DNA from: an uncultured Clostridia bacterium
GTDB lineage: Bacteria > Bacillota > Clostridia > TANB77 > CAG-508
Assembly (NCBI GenBank): GCA_947426305.1
Contig: CANEDP010000004.1
Location: 2,067 to 66,066 of the forward strand
DNA length: 64,000 nt
Direction of reading: 5' to 3'
Shown here: in pieces, positions 9,806-20,161 of the stretch
Layout: each line of letters opens with the position of its first letter
Numbering within the stretch: position 1 is the first letter of the stretch
Notes under the pieces: model-generated
What the model saw: the letters and a program-made list of their open reading frames with translations, nothing else
What the model was told of the DNA's origin: nothing
Databases searched by the model: none
Made by a program: the position numbers and the translations under genes

Positions 9806-11407
9806 TTATTTTTTAGTCCTCACACAAGCCTTAATCAGTGCCTTAAACAATGATGCTGGACGATCTGGTCTTGATTTAAACTCTGGATGGAATTGCCCTG
9901 CCACAAAAAATGGATGATTTCTATATTCCACAATTTCCACCAAATTTCCATCTGGCGACGTTCCAGAACAAATTAAGCCTGCTTCTTCTAGTTTTTCCTT
10001 ATAATCATTATTATATTCAAAACGATGACGATGACGTTCATTGATATTTTCTTCTCCATAAATTTCATATGCCAACGTATCTTTCTTAATTTTGCAAGGA
10101 TAACTTCCCAAACGCATCGTTCCACCTTTTGAGGTAACTCCTTTTTGTGTTTCCATGATATGGATTACTGGATTTTTCGTATGAATATTGAATTCTGCTG
10201 AATCCGCATCTTCCATTCCTAAAACATTTCTAGCAAACTCAACCACTGCCATTTGCATTCCCAAACAAATTCCTAAAAATGGTACATTATTTTCTCTAGC
10301 ATATTTGATTGCAGAGATTTTCCCTTGAATTCCACGGTTGCCAAATCCTCCAGGAACTAAAATTCCGTCATATTCGCCCAAAATCTCTTTCACATTTTCA
10401 TCATTAATTCCTTCTGAATCAATAAAACCAACTTCCACTTTCACGCCATTGGCAAACCCACCATGACGCAAACTTTCTGCAACCGAAAGATATGAATCCT
10501 GAAGTTGCATATATTTTCCAACTAATGCCACTTTGACTGTTCCACTTAAATTCTTAATATTGTCAATCATTTTCTCCCATTCTTCGTTTTGTGGCTCGAT
10601 CTTGTCCAAATTTAATTTTTTGCAAACAGCTCTTGCTAAGCCTTGTTTTTCGAGCATTAGAGGAACTTCGTACAAATTACCTGCTGTCAAATTTGGAATC
10701 ACATTTTCTGGGCGCACATTGCAGAAAAGTGCCAATTTTTTGCGGATATCTTCTGGAATTTCAATCTCACTTCGGCAAACCAAAATATCTGGCTTAATTC
10801 CAAGTGATTGTAAATCTTTTACCGAATGCTGTGTTGGCTTAGATTTCAGTTCGCACGAACCTGAAATAAAAGGAAGCAAAGTTACATGAATATACACAAC
10901 ATCTTCACTATCAATTTCTAAACCAACTTGACGAATGGCTTCTAATAAAGCTAGTCCTTCAATATCCCCAACTGTTCCACCTAATTCAGTAATCACAACA
11001 TCCACATCTTCGCCTTCAAAGCTGTAAATATTCTCCTTAATTTCATTCGTAACATGAGGAATGACTTGCACCGTTTTTCCTAAATAATCGCCTCTTCTTT
11101 CTTTATTTAGAACATTTTGATAAATTTTTCCAGAAGTAATGCTACAATTTTTTGTTAGGTTTACGTCAGTAAATCTTTCGTAGTGTCCTAAATCCAAATC
11201 GGTTTCTGCTCCGTCATCCGTTACAAAAACTTCGCCGTGTTCGTAAGGACTCATGGTTCCTGGGTCAACATTAATGTAAGGGTCAAATTTTTGATTGATT
11301 ACCTTGTACCCCCTGTTTTTCAATAATCTCCCCAAAGACGATGCCGTAATTCCTTTTCCTAAGCCAGATACCACACCTCCTGTGATAAATATGTACTTTG
11401 TTCCCAT
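9806..11407 (-). CDS. pyrG: CTP synthase
   Basis: 533 aa, [20 protein letters not shown].., with glutamine amidotransferase motif GICLGMQ. Confidence 0.97.
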   Translation of the reverse strand: MGTKYIFITGGVVSGLGKGITASSLGRLLKNRGYKVINQKFDPYINVDPGTMSPYEHGEVFVTDDGAETDLDLGHYERFTDVNLTKNCSITSGKIYQNVLNKERRGDYLGKTVQVIPHVTNEIKENIYSFEGEDVDVVITELGGTVGDIEGLALLEAIRQVGLEIDSEDVVYIHVTLLPFISGSCELKSKPTQHSVKDLQSLGIKPDILVCRSEIEIPEDIRKKLALFCNVRPENVIPNLTAGNLYEVPLMLEKQGLARAVCKKLNLDKIEPQNEEWEKMIDNIKNLSGTVKVALVGKYMQLQDSYLSVAESLRHGGFANGVKVEVGFIDSEGINDENVKEILGEYDGILVPGGFGNRGIQGKISAIKYARENNVPFLGICLGMQMAVVEFARNVLGMEDADSAEFNIHTKNPVIHIMETQKGVTSKGGTMRLGSYPCKIKKDTLAYEIYGEENINERHRHRFEYNNDYKEKLEEAGLICSGTSPDGNLVEIVEYRNHPFFVAGQFHPEFKSRPDRPASLFKALIKACVRTKK

Positions 11408-11566
11408 ATTTTCCTCCTAAAATTCTATTTTCAAAAATAAAAAACAGATTAAAATAAAGTTTTTTTTTAATCTGTTTTTTGTAAGTCCTCATTCATTAAT
11501 TTAATTTTACCATTTTGCTGGGGAAAAATCAAGTGTTTTTTTGAAATTAGTAAAAATTTTTATGCA

Positions 11567-11607
11567 AAAAAATACCCGAGAGAAAATTCTCTCGGGCTGG
11601 TTTTTTT
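11567..11607. terminator. Bidirectional intrinsic terminator
   Basis: Stem CCCGAGAGA / TCTCTCGGG, flanked by an A-run and a T-run. Confidence 0.8.
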
Positions 11608-11609
11608 AG

Positions 11610-12935
11610 CTAATTTTCCATAACTTGAATCTCGATTTGAGACATATCACATTCCAAAAACGCTTTTTCAATACCTTTGATTGCTTTTCCGAGTATTACT
11701 GTTTTTAAAGCATCACATTCTGAAAAAGCAGACTTTCCTATTGTTTCCAATGTTTTTGGCAAAATGACGATTTCCAAAGAAATACAGTTCTCAAATGCCA
11801 AGTCGCCAATCCTTTTAATAACTGTTTTTGAGAAATCCGCCCTTTTCAGTAACCTGCATTCACTAAATACATACGCTCCCATTTCCGTCAGATTTTCTGA
11901 AAAAATTACATCTTCTAAAAATTCACATGAGAGAAAAACGCAGTCATCAATTTTCTTAGTTGAAGTATTGGATAAATCTATTTTTTTAAGCAATTGACAG
12001 CCAACAAATGCATATCTTCCAATTTCAATCAAATTTGAAGAAAAAATGACACTTTCCATGGATTCACAACTGTCAAATGCCCTCTCTCCAATCTTTTCAA
12101 CTACCGTATTGGACAAATCGATTTTCCTTAACTTTTCACAGCCCTCCAATACATTTTCTGCAATTTCACTTAAAGTTTTGGGAAAAAATACATTCTCCAA
12201 AGAAATACAACCGCAAAATACTCTATATTCCATCTTCTTAACAAATGTATTTGACAAATCAATTTCTTTTAGCGAATAGCAATAACTAAAGGCATTCTCT
12301 CCAATTTCCACCAGACTTTTTGGAAAGTTCACACTTTCGGCAGAAGAACAGTAAAAAAATGCTGATGAACCAATCTTTCTAATTGTCGTATTAGATAAAT
12401 CCACTTCTGCCAGTAGTTCACATCCATAAAATGCTTCATATCTAATTTCAAGCAAATCTTTCGGAAAATGCACACTTTTTATCGATTTGCACCCTTTGAA
12501 CACACCCACTTCAATTGTTCGCAACTGATCTGATAATTCTGCAGTTTCTAACAATTCACATTCCAAAAATGCCTCTTCTCCAATTGCAACCGTTTTCTTG
12601 AAATTAAAGTTTTTTAGCATTTTGCAATGCGCAAATGCCCCGTCTCCAATTTCTGTTACCTGTTCCGCACCTTCAACGCTTTCCAGCATACCGCAACTAA
12701 GAAATGCATTCTCTGCAATCTTTGTTACATTTTCTGCGCCAGTAACGCTTTTCAGTCCTGTGCAGCCTTCAAACGCAGACTTTCCAATCTTTGTCACGCT
12801 TTTGGGAAGCACTATACTTTCCAGAAAAGTGAATTTTTTGAACATTCCATCGGCAATCTCAGTTATGCCTTCTTCAAGTTCAATCCGCCACTTTCCGTCT
12901 GTCGTAATGGTAAAGTTACCTTTTACATTTTTCAT
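11610..12935 (-). CDS. BspA-type leucine-rich-repeat protein without a signal peptide
   Basis: About 17 repeats of the type I.LP.s...Ig..AF.gC..L..v. AGGAGG RBS precedes ATG 12935. In-frame CGG at 12885-12887. Confidence 0.8.
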   Translation of the reverse strand: MKNVKGNFTITTDGKWRIELEEGITEIADGMFKKFTFLESIVLPKSVTKIGKSAFEGCTGLKSVTGAENVTKIAENAFLSCGMLESVEGAEQVTEIGDGAFAHCKMLKNFNFKKTVAIGEEAFLECELLETAELSDQLRTIEVGVFKGCKSIKSVHFPKDLLEIRYEAFYGCELLAEVDLSNTTIRKIGSSAFFYCSSAESVNFPKSLVEIGENAFSYCYSLKEIDLSNTFVKKMEYRVFCGCISLENVFFPKTLSEIAENVLEGCEKLRKIDLSNTVVEKIGERAFDSCESMESVIFSSNLIEIGRYAFVGCQLLKKIDLSNTSTKKIDDCVFLSCEFLEDVIFSENLTEMGAYVFSECRLLKRADFSKTVIKRIGDLAFENCISLEIVILPKTLETIGKSAFSECDALKTVILGKAIKGIEKAFLECDMSQIEIQVMEN

Positions 12936-13011
12936 AAAAAAACCTCCTAAAATTTTATAGTAGCACAATTATAACACAGTTCACATAAGTTTGCAAGTTT
13001 TTTTATGATTT

Positions 13012-14212
13012 TTATTCTATTTCCAACTTTCTGCTCATTCCAATAATCACTATAATTGCGATTGTAATTAGCGCAAACAAAACATTTAGCAATTCAAGAT
13101 TTTGCGTCAATCCAACAAGAATTAACAGAATTGCATAACCGCAGAATTCTTCCTAAGTTCAAAAATATTTCTCGAAAAATAAAATATTCAGTATTGAATT
13201 TTTCATCAAATGGCTCTTGGTTCGAATAATCAAACAGGCTCACTTCTGTTATATTTAAAAGAATATTCATAAATACATAATACACCAGATTATACAAAAT
13301 AATTGTAACCAAATTCATACGCAGAAGAATTCCCGTAAAACTAATCAAAACCGCCATAGCAATGAAAGACAAAATTCCCTTTTTTCTACTTTTGTCATAA
13401 TATTTGCCAAATAAATACATCGCACCAATCGTAACTAGTGAAAAAAGCGATGTCCAGTTTCCCAATTCAAAATCATTGCTTGTTTGGTAAATCATAAGCA
13501 ATGAAACAATTAGTCCCATCACGCCATATCGTGTGATTCCTTTCAAAAATTCAACCAAATATAGTTTTTTCAAAATCGCATCTTTTTTGAAAATCTGCCA
13601 AAATTCTTTTAATTTCATTTTTTCTTGTTGTACATTTTTGTTTTCGATAAAAAAACTTAAAATCAATCTTAAAATTGAAAATACTAAGATTAAAATCGCC
13701 GCAATCTCGTACGAACTAAGCGTTATATACGCTCCTAGCAAAATCGGCACAATTAAACCCGTTATTTCATTAGCCACTGATTTATAACCCAAATATTTGC
13801 TTCTTTCCTCATTTGAAATTTGCTCCGATTCCATCATATTAAATGGAAATCCAGTCGTAGCAGTCGCCAAACCAAACATAATACCAATCAACCACAAATA
13901 ATCAATGATTTTTTCTCCTAGCAAAATGATCATAAAAATATAAAACGATTTGACAAACATCCCAAAACGATACAAATTCACTTTATTTCTTCGTTTAATA
14001 AAATCCCCCACCAAAAATGCGCCAACTGTGGCAACAAACCAGCCAATCACGTTATAAAGTGACAAATAAAAAATATTTTGTTCAGAGATTTTATAAAAAT
14101 ACGCTGCCAAAAACGTATTCAAAAAAATATTAATAATTTTTCCAAGCCCTTGGTCTAGTATTAAAATTTGTGCTACATTGGATAGTTTTACATCTTTTGT
14201 TTCATTCATCAT
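13012..14212 (-). CDS. MFS-type transporter, frame broken at CGG 13139-13141 (+1 restores the last TM helix; 399 aa)
   Basis: Frame 0 ends at 13094. The +1 frame after ctg-CGG reads GYAILLILVGLTQNLELLNVLFALITIAIIVIIGMSRKLEIE* and ends at 13012. Confidence 0.65.
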
Positions 14213-14329
14213 TTATAATCCCCCTTTTAAATTCATTTTAATACTATCATAAACATTATTTTTATGCAATAAAATAAAAAAGCAAAACTGCCCTCTAAGG
14301 ACAGTTCTACTTTTTTTAAATTGTGCGTT

Positions 14330-16045
14330 TTAGATTCTTCCTGCTTCATGGTCTTCCATAACCTGCAAAGCCAGTTCTATTGCTGCATCTGTTCCGATAA
14401 CCTTTTGATACTTAGCTCCATTATCTTGAAGATATTTCTCAAGTTTCTCGCTAAAAACACAGCTTTCTGCTTCTGACTCTGTTCTCCCCTTTGTCTCGTA
14501 TTGCACATTTTCTTCATCTCTTTCAATGAAAATAGTAAATTGATTGAGTTTATTGCGCAAATACCAAGCCAAATCCTCAACTACTTTACTTTCATTTGCA
14601 GAATGTAAAGCACAGATTTCTAAGCCTGCATCTGTGACAACATAGTCTACCTGCCCCATAATATCATAAAGTTTCTTGTACTGTTCAGAAATAAGATACG
14701 CCTGATTTGGAATATATTTCCCAAGCAAACCTCGGTACAGTAAATCTTTTGCAACTTCTGGAACATACTCCATAGACACACCTCGCATCTTAAATTGGTA
14801 AGACGCTCCAAATGAAGCTGTACTCTTTCCAGCACCTGGTCCTCCAACAAATGCAATCACAAACGTATTCGTTTCTTCTTTTTCAGTTTCAAGCACCTTG
14901 CGAAGATCTGGATATGCATTAAACATTTGCACAGCCTTCTTAATCATGGTCTCATGCTGATACGCCAAACCTTTTGAAATAGCGTCATCAATCTCATAAA
15001 ACTCAACATCGGTTAAGTCATCTGTTGGATTAAGATACTCTTGATACTTATGAATATCATCTTCCACAAAGACTCCAAAACATTGCGATGAGCCACCCTT
15101 TGTTCCAGCCACCTTTTCATCTTCAGAACTATACAATCCAACGATGTACATCTGCTCCAAATTAGCATTTGGAACATTTTCAAATCTTACAATCGCTGGT
15201 TCCATAGAATTGTCAAGTATTTGTAGCTTAAGACCTGTCTCTTCGTGCAATTCTCTTACAACTGCGTTATAGGCTGTCTCTCCCTTCTCCTCATCAATGC
15301 CTCCTCCTGGCAATGCAAGATATCCTGGAAAATCCTCTTTTTCCATGGATCTTTTACCAAGCAGGACATAAATTCTGCCATCAAAAATGTCTCTTACAAG
15401 GAAAATAAGATCAACTGTCTGTCTTCCCTGAACGAAATTGATTCCACGATTCTGACTTGCCGCAATAATCTCTCGAAATGAATTTCGGAATAAAATTGGC
15501 ATCGTCTCTTGTGGAATTAATTTAGACAGTTTTTCATATCTTCCTTCAATCACCATTTTGCGGATGTCAGTTGCATGATATGGAAAATCCGTGTAATCTT
15601 CTGGATTCACCGTTTCAAACTCCAGTTTCTGACCTTTTTGTTCCAAAACATCCAAAATGTCTTCTTTGTTACCAGTACAAAAATGAGTGACGCCTCTACT
15701 TTTGCATAAAGCGGTAATTCTCAAGATCCATTCTTCGAATGTTGGTACATCTGGTAATCCTATTGTTTCGTACTTTTCCGACGAAACTTCTGCCCTCTTA
15801 AAGATTGCATCTACTGCCTTTTCTCTCTCAGAGGCCAAAATGCAGTTCCGATCTGTCCCAGTTTCAAAAACAGACCCTAAAACAACCACTATTTTGTCGA
15901 AATTTTGTGCTAATCCTAAAAGTACTTGCTTATGCCCATTATGAAGTGGCATTAACCGCGCTGGAAAAGCTACAATTTTTCTGGTATCGGAAGAATTCTC
16001 CGTTACCGTAAGTTGATTTGTTCCATTTGTTACCATAATCATCAT
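14330..16045 (-). CDS. Three-domain fusion: NadM-type NMN adenylyltransferase, Nudix hydrolase and P-loop kinase-like domain
   Basis: Motifs FPARLMPLHNGH (HxGH), Nudix box GGGIDEEKGETAYNAVVRELHEETGL, and Walker A GGPGAGKST. The true start may be ATG 16036. Confidence 0.75.
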   Translation of the reverse strand: MMIMVTNGTNQLTVTENSSDTRKIVAFPARLMPLHNGHKQVLLGLAQNFDKIVVVLGSVFETGTDRNCILASEREKAVDAIFKRAEVSSEKYETIGLPDVPTFEEWILRITALCKSRGVTHFCTGNKEDILDVLEQKGQKLEFETVNPEDYTDFPYHATDIRKMVIEGRYEKLSKLIPQETMPILFRNSFREIIAASQNRGINFVQGRQTVDLIFLVRDIFDGRIYVLLGKRSMEKEDFPGYLALPGGGIDEEKGETAYNAVVRELHEETGLKLQILDNSMEPAIVRFENVPNANLEQMYIVGLYSSEDEKVAGTKGGSSQCFGVFVEDDIHKYQEYLNPTDDLTDVEFYEIDDAISKGLAYQHETMIKKAVQMFNAYPDLRKVLETEKEETNTFVIAFVGGPGAGKSTASFGASYQFKMRGVSMEYVPEVAKDLLYRGLLGKYIPNQAYLISEQYKKLYDIMGQVDYVVTDAGLEICALHSANESKVVEDLAWYLRNKLNQFTIFIERDEENVQYETKGRTESEAESCVFSEKLEKYLQDNGAKYQKVIGTDAAIELALQVMEDHEAGRI

Positions 16046-16125
16046 CCTTTCTATTTTTTATAGAAATTTATTATACCATATTTAAAATTTCATGTCAAAT
16101 TTAAAAAAGATAAAAACTTAAATTT

Positions 16126-16909
16126 CTATCCTTTCTCCCCATATACTTTCCCAAGCATTACTTCACAAAATCCCATTTTTTCATAAACTTTTTCTGTATA
16201 AAACCCTTTCTCTGTTTGCACGCAAACCACTCGAATTCCCAGATTTTGCAACTCTTTCATGATGAATGACATCATTTTCTTGCAAACGCCTTGCCTTTGA
16301 AATTCTTTTTTGGTAGAAACTGTATAAATTATTGCACAGTCACCTTTGTACCAAACATTTGCTGTTGCAATTATTTGCCCATTATATTTTCCGCAGTATT
16401 CTAGCGTACTATATTCGCCATTTTGAATAAATTCCAATTCATAAATGTTTCGATATTCTTCTGGCAAAATTCCATATGGATCATCTGGGTCATCACTTGA
16501 AAATCCGTCCATAACTGCTCCGTATGAATTGATTTTTCTCTTCTTCTTTAACACGTGAAATTTCAACATCAATACGGCTGTCATAATCTCCGAAATTCTC
16601 AATATCTTCAAAAATCATCCAAACATCTGTATAAAGATTTTCCAATTCGCTTTTTATTTCGTGATTTTCCTGATTTGACATTACATACAAAGCAGGTTGC
16701 CTGTTTAATTTCTCCATATCCTGTTTTACATTTTGCCAAACTTGCTTTAAATCAGCCTTTCTGTTTTTCAAATAAGCATAATTCCAGTAATAATCTTGCA
16801 GTAATGGACTGTAAAATAAGTCATAATCATCTTTTTGCGTTTTTTGCGATTGAATGATTTTTACCATTCCGTTAAAATGAATATCAATTAGTTTTTCAAG
16901 ATCGTTCAT
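16126..16909 (-). CDS. GNAT acetyltransferase, frame broken at CGG 16520-16522 (260 aa after +1)
   Basis: ORFs 16493-16909 and 16126-16611 join as ..EEEKNQFI-G-AVMDGFSSDDPDDPYG... C-terminal GNAT motif QRQGVCKKMM. Confidence 0.7.
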
Positions 16910-17459
16910 GATTTTCTCCTAACATTAATTTTTTCGTTCCTTCCACCATCTCACTTTTCATCGCTTCAAAATTCAATTTTGTCACACCAACTTGTTTTAC
17001 AACTTCCATATGCAAAAATTTCGCCAAAATTTTCATGGAATTTAATGTATTTTCCGTGCCATCTCCACTTCCGCCTGCACACGCAATGCAAAGCATATTT
17101 TTTCCTTTTAATTTCCAATTTTCATCAAATGATTCACATCGTTTCAAGCGGTCAAAAAACGTCTTGGCAGACTCGCTCATCTCATAAAAATAGACTGGGC
17201 TCACAACAATCATGGCATCAAATTCTGCAATTTTCTCTTTTAAATTATTAAAATCGTCGTCCATTTTGCATTTATGTTCTTCTAAACACATTCCCCAACC
17301 ACGTTTACCACAGGCTTCGCATTTTTGGATATGGTAATGATTTAAAACAATCCATTCTACCTGCACATTGGACTTTTCCAAAGTATCTCTACAAACTTGG
17401 ACACATGAATTCGTTAAGCCGCCCTCATTGGGACTACTGCTAACAATCACAACTCTCAT
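16896..17459 (-). CDS. Flavodoxin-like / NAD(P)H-dependent FMN reductase family protein with a Cys cluster
   Basis: MRVVIVSSSPNEGGLTNS.., Cys cluster CEACGKRGWGMC, and GGSGDG. Confidence 0.65.
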   Translation of the reverse strand: MRVVIVSSSPNEGGLTNSCVQVCRDTLEKSNVQVEWIVLNHYHIQKCEACGKRGWGMCLEEHKCKMDDDFNNLKEKIAEFDAMIVVSPVYFYEMSESAKTFFDRLKRCESFDENWKLKGKNMLCIACAGGSGDGTENTLNSMKILAKFLHMEVVKQVGVTKLNFEAMKSEMVEGTKKLMLGENHERS

Positions 17460-17967
17460 AGGTTTCTCCCTTCAAAAACTTTTCAATCAGGTCTCTCACA
17501 AATTCCCAGCGGTTTTCGATAAAACTACCATTTTCCCAAATCTCTTCAATCTCGTCATACGTCGCCCATTTTACATCACAAACCTCGTCTTCTTGCATAA
17601 CAATATCTTTCAAATCAATGTCTTGCTTAATGAAATATTCATTTACCCAAACATTTCCAGTTCGATATTTTCTCATCAATTTAAGATTTTCTATATTCAG
17701 TTGTATCCCTAATTCTTCCAATGTTTCCCTATAAATCGTCTGTACAGGAGTTTCTCCTTTGATGACAGAGCCACCAGTCATTGCCCACAAGTTAGGCGAA
17801 AGTTTTTTCATCGGTGAACGCTTCTGAATTAAAATTTTGCCTTCTTGATTCACAATCCACACATCTGCTCCTAAATGATAGAGTCCTTGTGGAATGGGGT
17901 CACCTTTTTGCATCGTTTTTCCGATTTGGTTTCCATTTTCATCGAATAAATCCCATATTTCTCGCAT
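17440..17967 (-). CDS. Nudix hydrolase
   Basis: Nudix box GGSVIKGETPVQTIYRETLEELGI. Confidence 0.8.
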   Translation of the reverse strand: MREIWDLFDENGNQIGKTMQKGDPIPQGLYHLGADVWIVNQEGKILIQKRSPMKKLSPNLWAMTGGSVIKGETPVQTIYRETLEELGIQLNIENLKLMRKYRTGNVWVNEYFIKQDIDLKDIVMQEDEVCDVKWATYDEIEEIWENGSFIENRWEFVRDLIEKFLKGETYESCDC

Positions 17968-18037
17968 ATTTTCTCTCCTTTCGAAGTCTTAAAATTCTAT
18001 AAAATCAAGTGAAAGCATATTTTTAAGTATTTGTCAA

Positions 18038-18066
18038 TTGACAAATTTACATAAATATGATATAAT
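18038..18066 (+). promoter_or_regulatory. Consensus extended -10 promoter pointing antisense into the Nudix gene at 18161-18595
   Basis: TTGACA (18038-18043), N17, TATAAT (18061-18066), preceded by TG. The -35 box lies in the palindrome TTGTCAATTGACAA. Confidence 0.5.
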
Positions 18067-18160
18067 ATAAGTTTAGGCATATCGCATTTTTATTTTCTCC
18101 CAGTCATTTTTTAGCATTGGCACTCTTTCCCAACAAAGCCTCTTAGCCATTGAACATAAT

Positions 18161-18595
18161 TCATAAATTTTCCAACTCCCTTACGATTTCTAGCGGATAC
18201 ACTTCGTTTTCTTCGACTTGTCTTATCATTTCTAACATCATTTTTGGTCCCCTTAAAGCATCTTGGTATTTGGTTTTGATGTCTTCGATTTCAATCCATT
18301 TGGCATCTAAAATTTCGCTTGGGTCAAAATGAATGTTTTCTTCCAAAATCTCCGTCAAAAACGTAATCCTAACAATATCACGCTCTTTGGAAGAAATAAT
18401 TGGCAACATTTTGGTAAGTTTTACTTGGCAACCAGTTTCTTCAAAAATCTCACGAATCGCCCCTTCAAAAATTGTTTCTCCATCATCTAGTTTTCCTGCA
18501 GGAAAATTCCATTGTCCATAACATTTCTCTTGTGCTTCTTGCACCAATAATAATTTATTTTCTTTTCTTAAAATCCCACCAACTATTACTTTCAT
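18161..18595 (-). CDS. Nudix hydrolase
   Basis: Nudix box PAGKLDDGETIFEGAIREIFEETGC. Confidence 0.8.
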   Translation of the reverse strand: MKVIVGGILRKENKLLLVQEAQEKCYGQWNFPAGKLDDGETIFEGAIREIFEETGCQVKLTKMLPIISSKERDIVRITFLTEILEENIHFDPSEILDAKWIEIEDIKTKYQDALRGPKMMLEMIRQVEENEVYPLEIVRELENL

Positions 18596-18611
18596 ATTTT
18601 ACCTCCTAATT

Positions 18612-20078
18612 TTATAACTCTATTACCTCTAAATCATTTGGCACATACACATTTCCAGAAAAATATTGTTTTGCCTCTTGTGTATATAATTCTTTTCGCT
18701 GTTGTATGCAATTATCTTTCGTATGCCAAAGAATTAAATTTTTGACACCTAACTTTTGCATATTTTCCGTTACATCTTTTACGGTAGAATGATTTATTTT
18801 ATGGGGTTGAAAAATCTCATTTTCTGCTTCCCTACAAAATACTTCATGGCAAACCCAATCTGCCTTTCGAATTTTGTCAAAATTTTTTTCACTGCACGGA
18901 ATATCTCCTAAAAAAGCAAAATTTTTTCCGTTCTTCAATGTCGTTTGAAAGCCATATTGCACAATGTCTTCTTTTGGATATAAGTCTAATATTTTTACAT
19001 TATAATCTATGATAGAATATTCTTGCCCATCTTGAATATCATGGAAAATAACATTTTCATGATAAATGTCAATATGTTTTCCATGGAAAGTCTCCAAAAT
19101 AAAACTCTCAATAATTTCTCTTACTTCTCTAGCACAATAAATATTTACTTTTCCGTCATGTTTGTTTTTTCCTATATCTTGGCATATTACACGAAGTAAT
19201 GGAAAAATTCCTAACAAATGGTCGACGTGTTTATGCGAAATAAAGATATCATGAATTTTATTTAGCTCCACATTTGCATCTCTTATTTGATTTAAAATCT
19301 GTGCTCCTGCACCAGTATCCACTAATAAATATTGCTCATCATTTCCTAATAGAAAACAAGTATTGTAGCAATTTAAAGTCAAACCGCCACCAGTTCCTAA
19401 AATAATTATTTTTTCCATAAAACTTTGTTCTCCTTTTCGAACCGCACAATTCCAAATAATTTTCTCTTCTTCGTAACGAAGCATTTTCTCTTCTTTGATT
19501 TTCTCAATTTTCCAACCACTAAAAAAGTCACGAATGCTTTCTTCATCAAAAATTCTTTTACTCTTCTTCCATTCTGGTTGCCAAACAAATTTTTCTGCAA
19601 TCTTGCTATTATTCGACAAAAAATGACTGTCATTTACTGAATTGACACGAAACAAAAATACGCCATTGGGTTTCAAAATTCGTTTAATTTCGCTAATGAT
19701 TTTCCTCGTTATTTCTTCTGTAAAATAGTGAATGCATAGATCCGCTATCACAATATCTGTAAAACAATCTTCGATTGGAAAACCTTGTGACATATCAAAC
19801 AATTTTGTGCTGGCTTGAGGAATTTCTTTCTGAATAGTTTGAATTGCCACTTCCGAATAATCGCACGCCAAAACTTGCTTTCCCTTTTTGATGAGATATA
19901 ACGTGTTGTTGCCAAGCCCACAACCTAAATCAACAATAGTGGACTTAGTATTTTCAATTTCTGTTTCATAATCTTCAAGCCAAGCATCGTATTTTGTTTC
20001 TCGTTTCTTAACTTCCATTTCTTCATTTATATTAGAAAACCTTTGGTTAAATACTTCTTTATCGGTATATTGTTGCAT
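18612..20078 (-). CDS. Fusion of a class I SAM-dependent methyltransferase and an MBL-fold metallo-hydrolase
   Basis: N-terminal VDLGCGLGNNTLYL. C-terminal ISHKHVDHLLG (HxHxDH). Confidence 0.75.
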   Translation of the reverse strand: MQQYTDKEVFNQRFSNINEEMEVKKRETKYDAWLEDYETEIENTKSTIVDLGCGLGNNTLYLIKKGKQVLACDYSEVAIQTIQKEIPQASTKLFDMSQGFPIEDCFTDIVIADLCIHYFTEEITRKIISEIKRILKPNGVFLFRVNSVNDSHFLSNNSKIAEKFVWQPEWKKSKRIFDEESIRDFFSGWKIEKIKEEKMLRYEEEKIIWNCAVRKGEQSFMEKIIILGTGGGLTLNCYNTCFLLGNDEQYLLVDTGAGAQILNQIRDANVELNKIHDIFISHKHVDHLLGIFPLLRVICQDIGKNKHDGKVNIYCAREVREIIESFILETFHGKHIDIYHENVIFHDIQDGQEYSIIDYNVKILDLYPKEDIVQYGFQTTLKNGKNFAFLGDIPCSEKNFDKIRKADWVCHEVFCREAENEIFQPHKINHSTVKDVTENMQKLGVKNLILWHTKDNCIQQRKELYTQEAKQYFSGNVYVPNDLEVIEL

Positions 20079-20161
20079 TATGCAAACCTCCTATCTTCTT
20101 TTTTCTTTATATCACAAAAACAAAAAAAAGAAAACCTTTTTTCAAAGACTTTCTTTAATTT

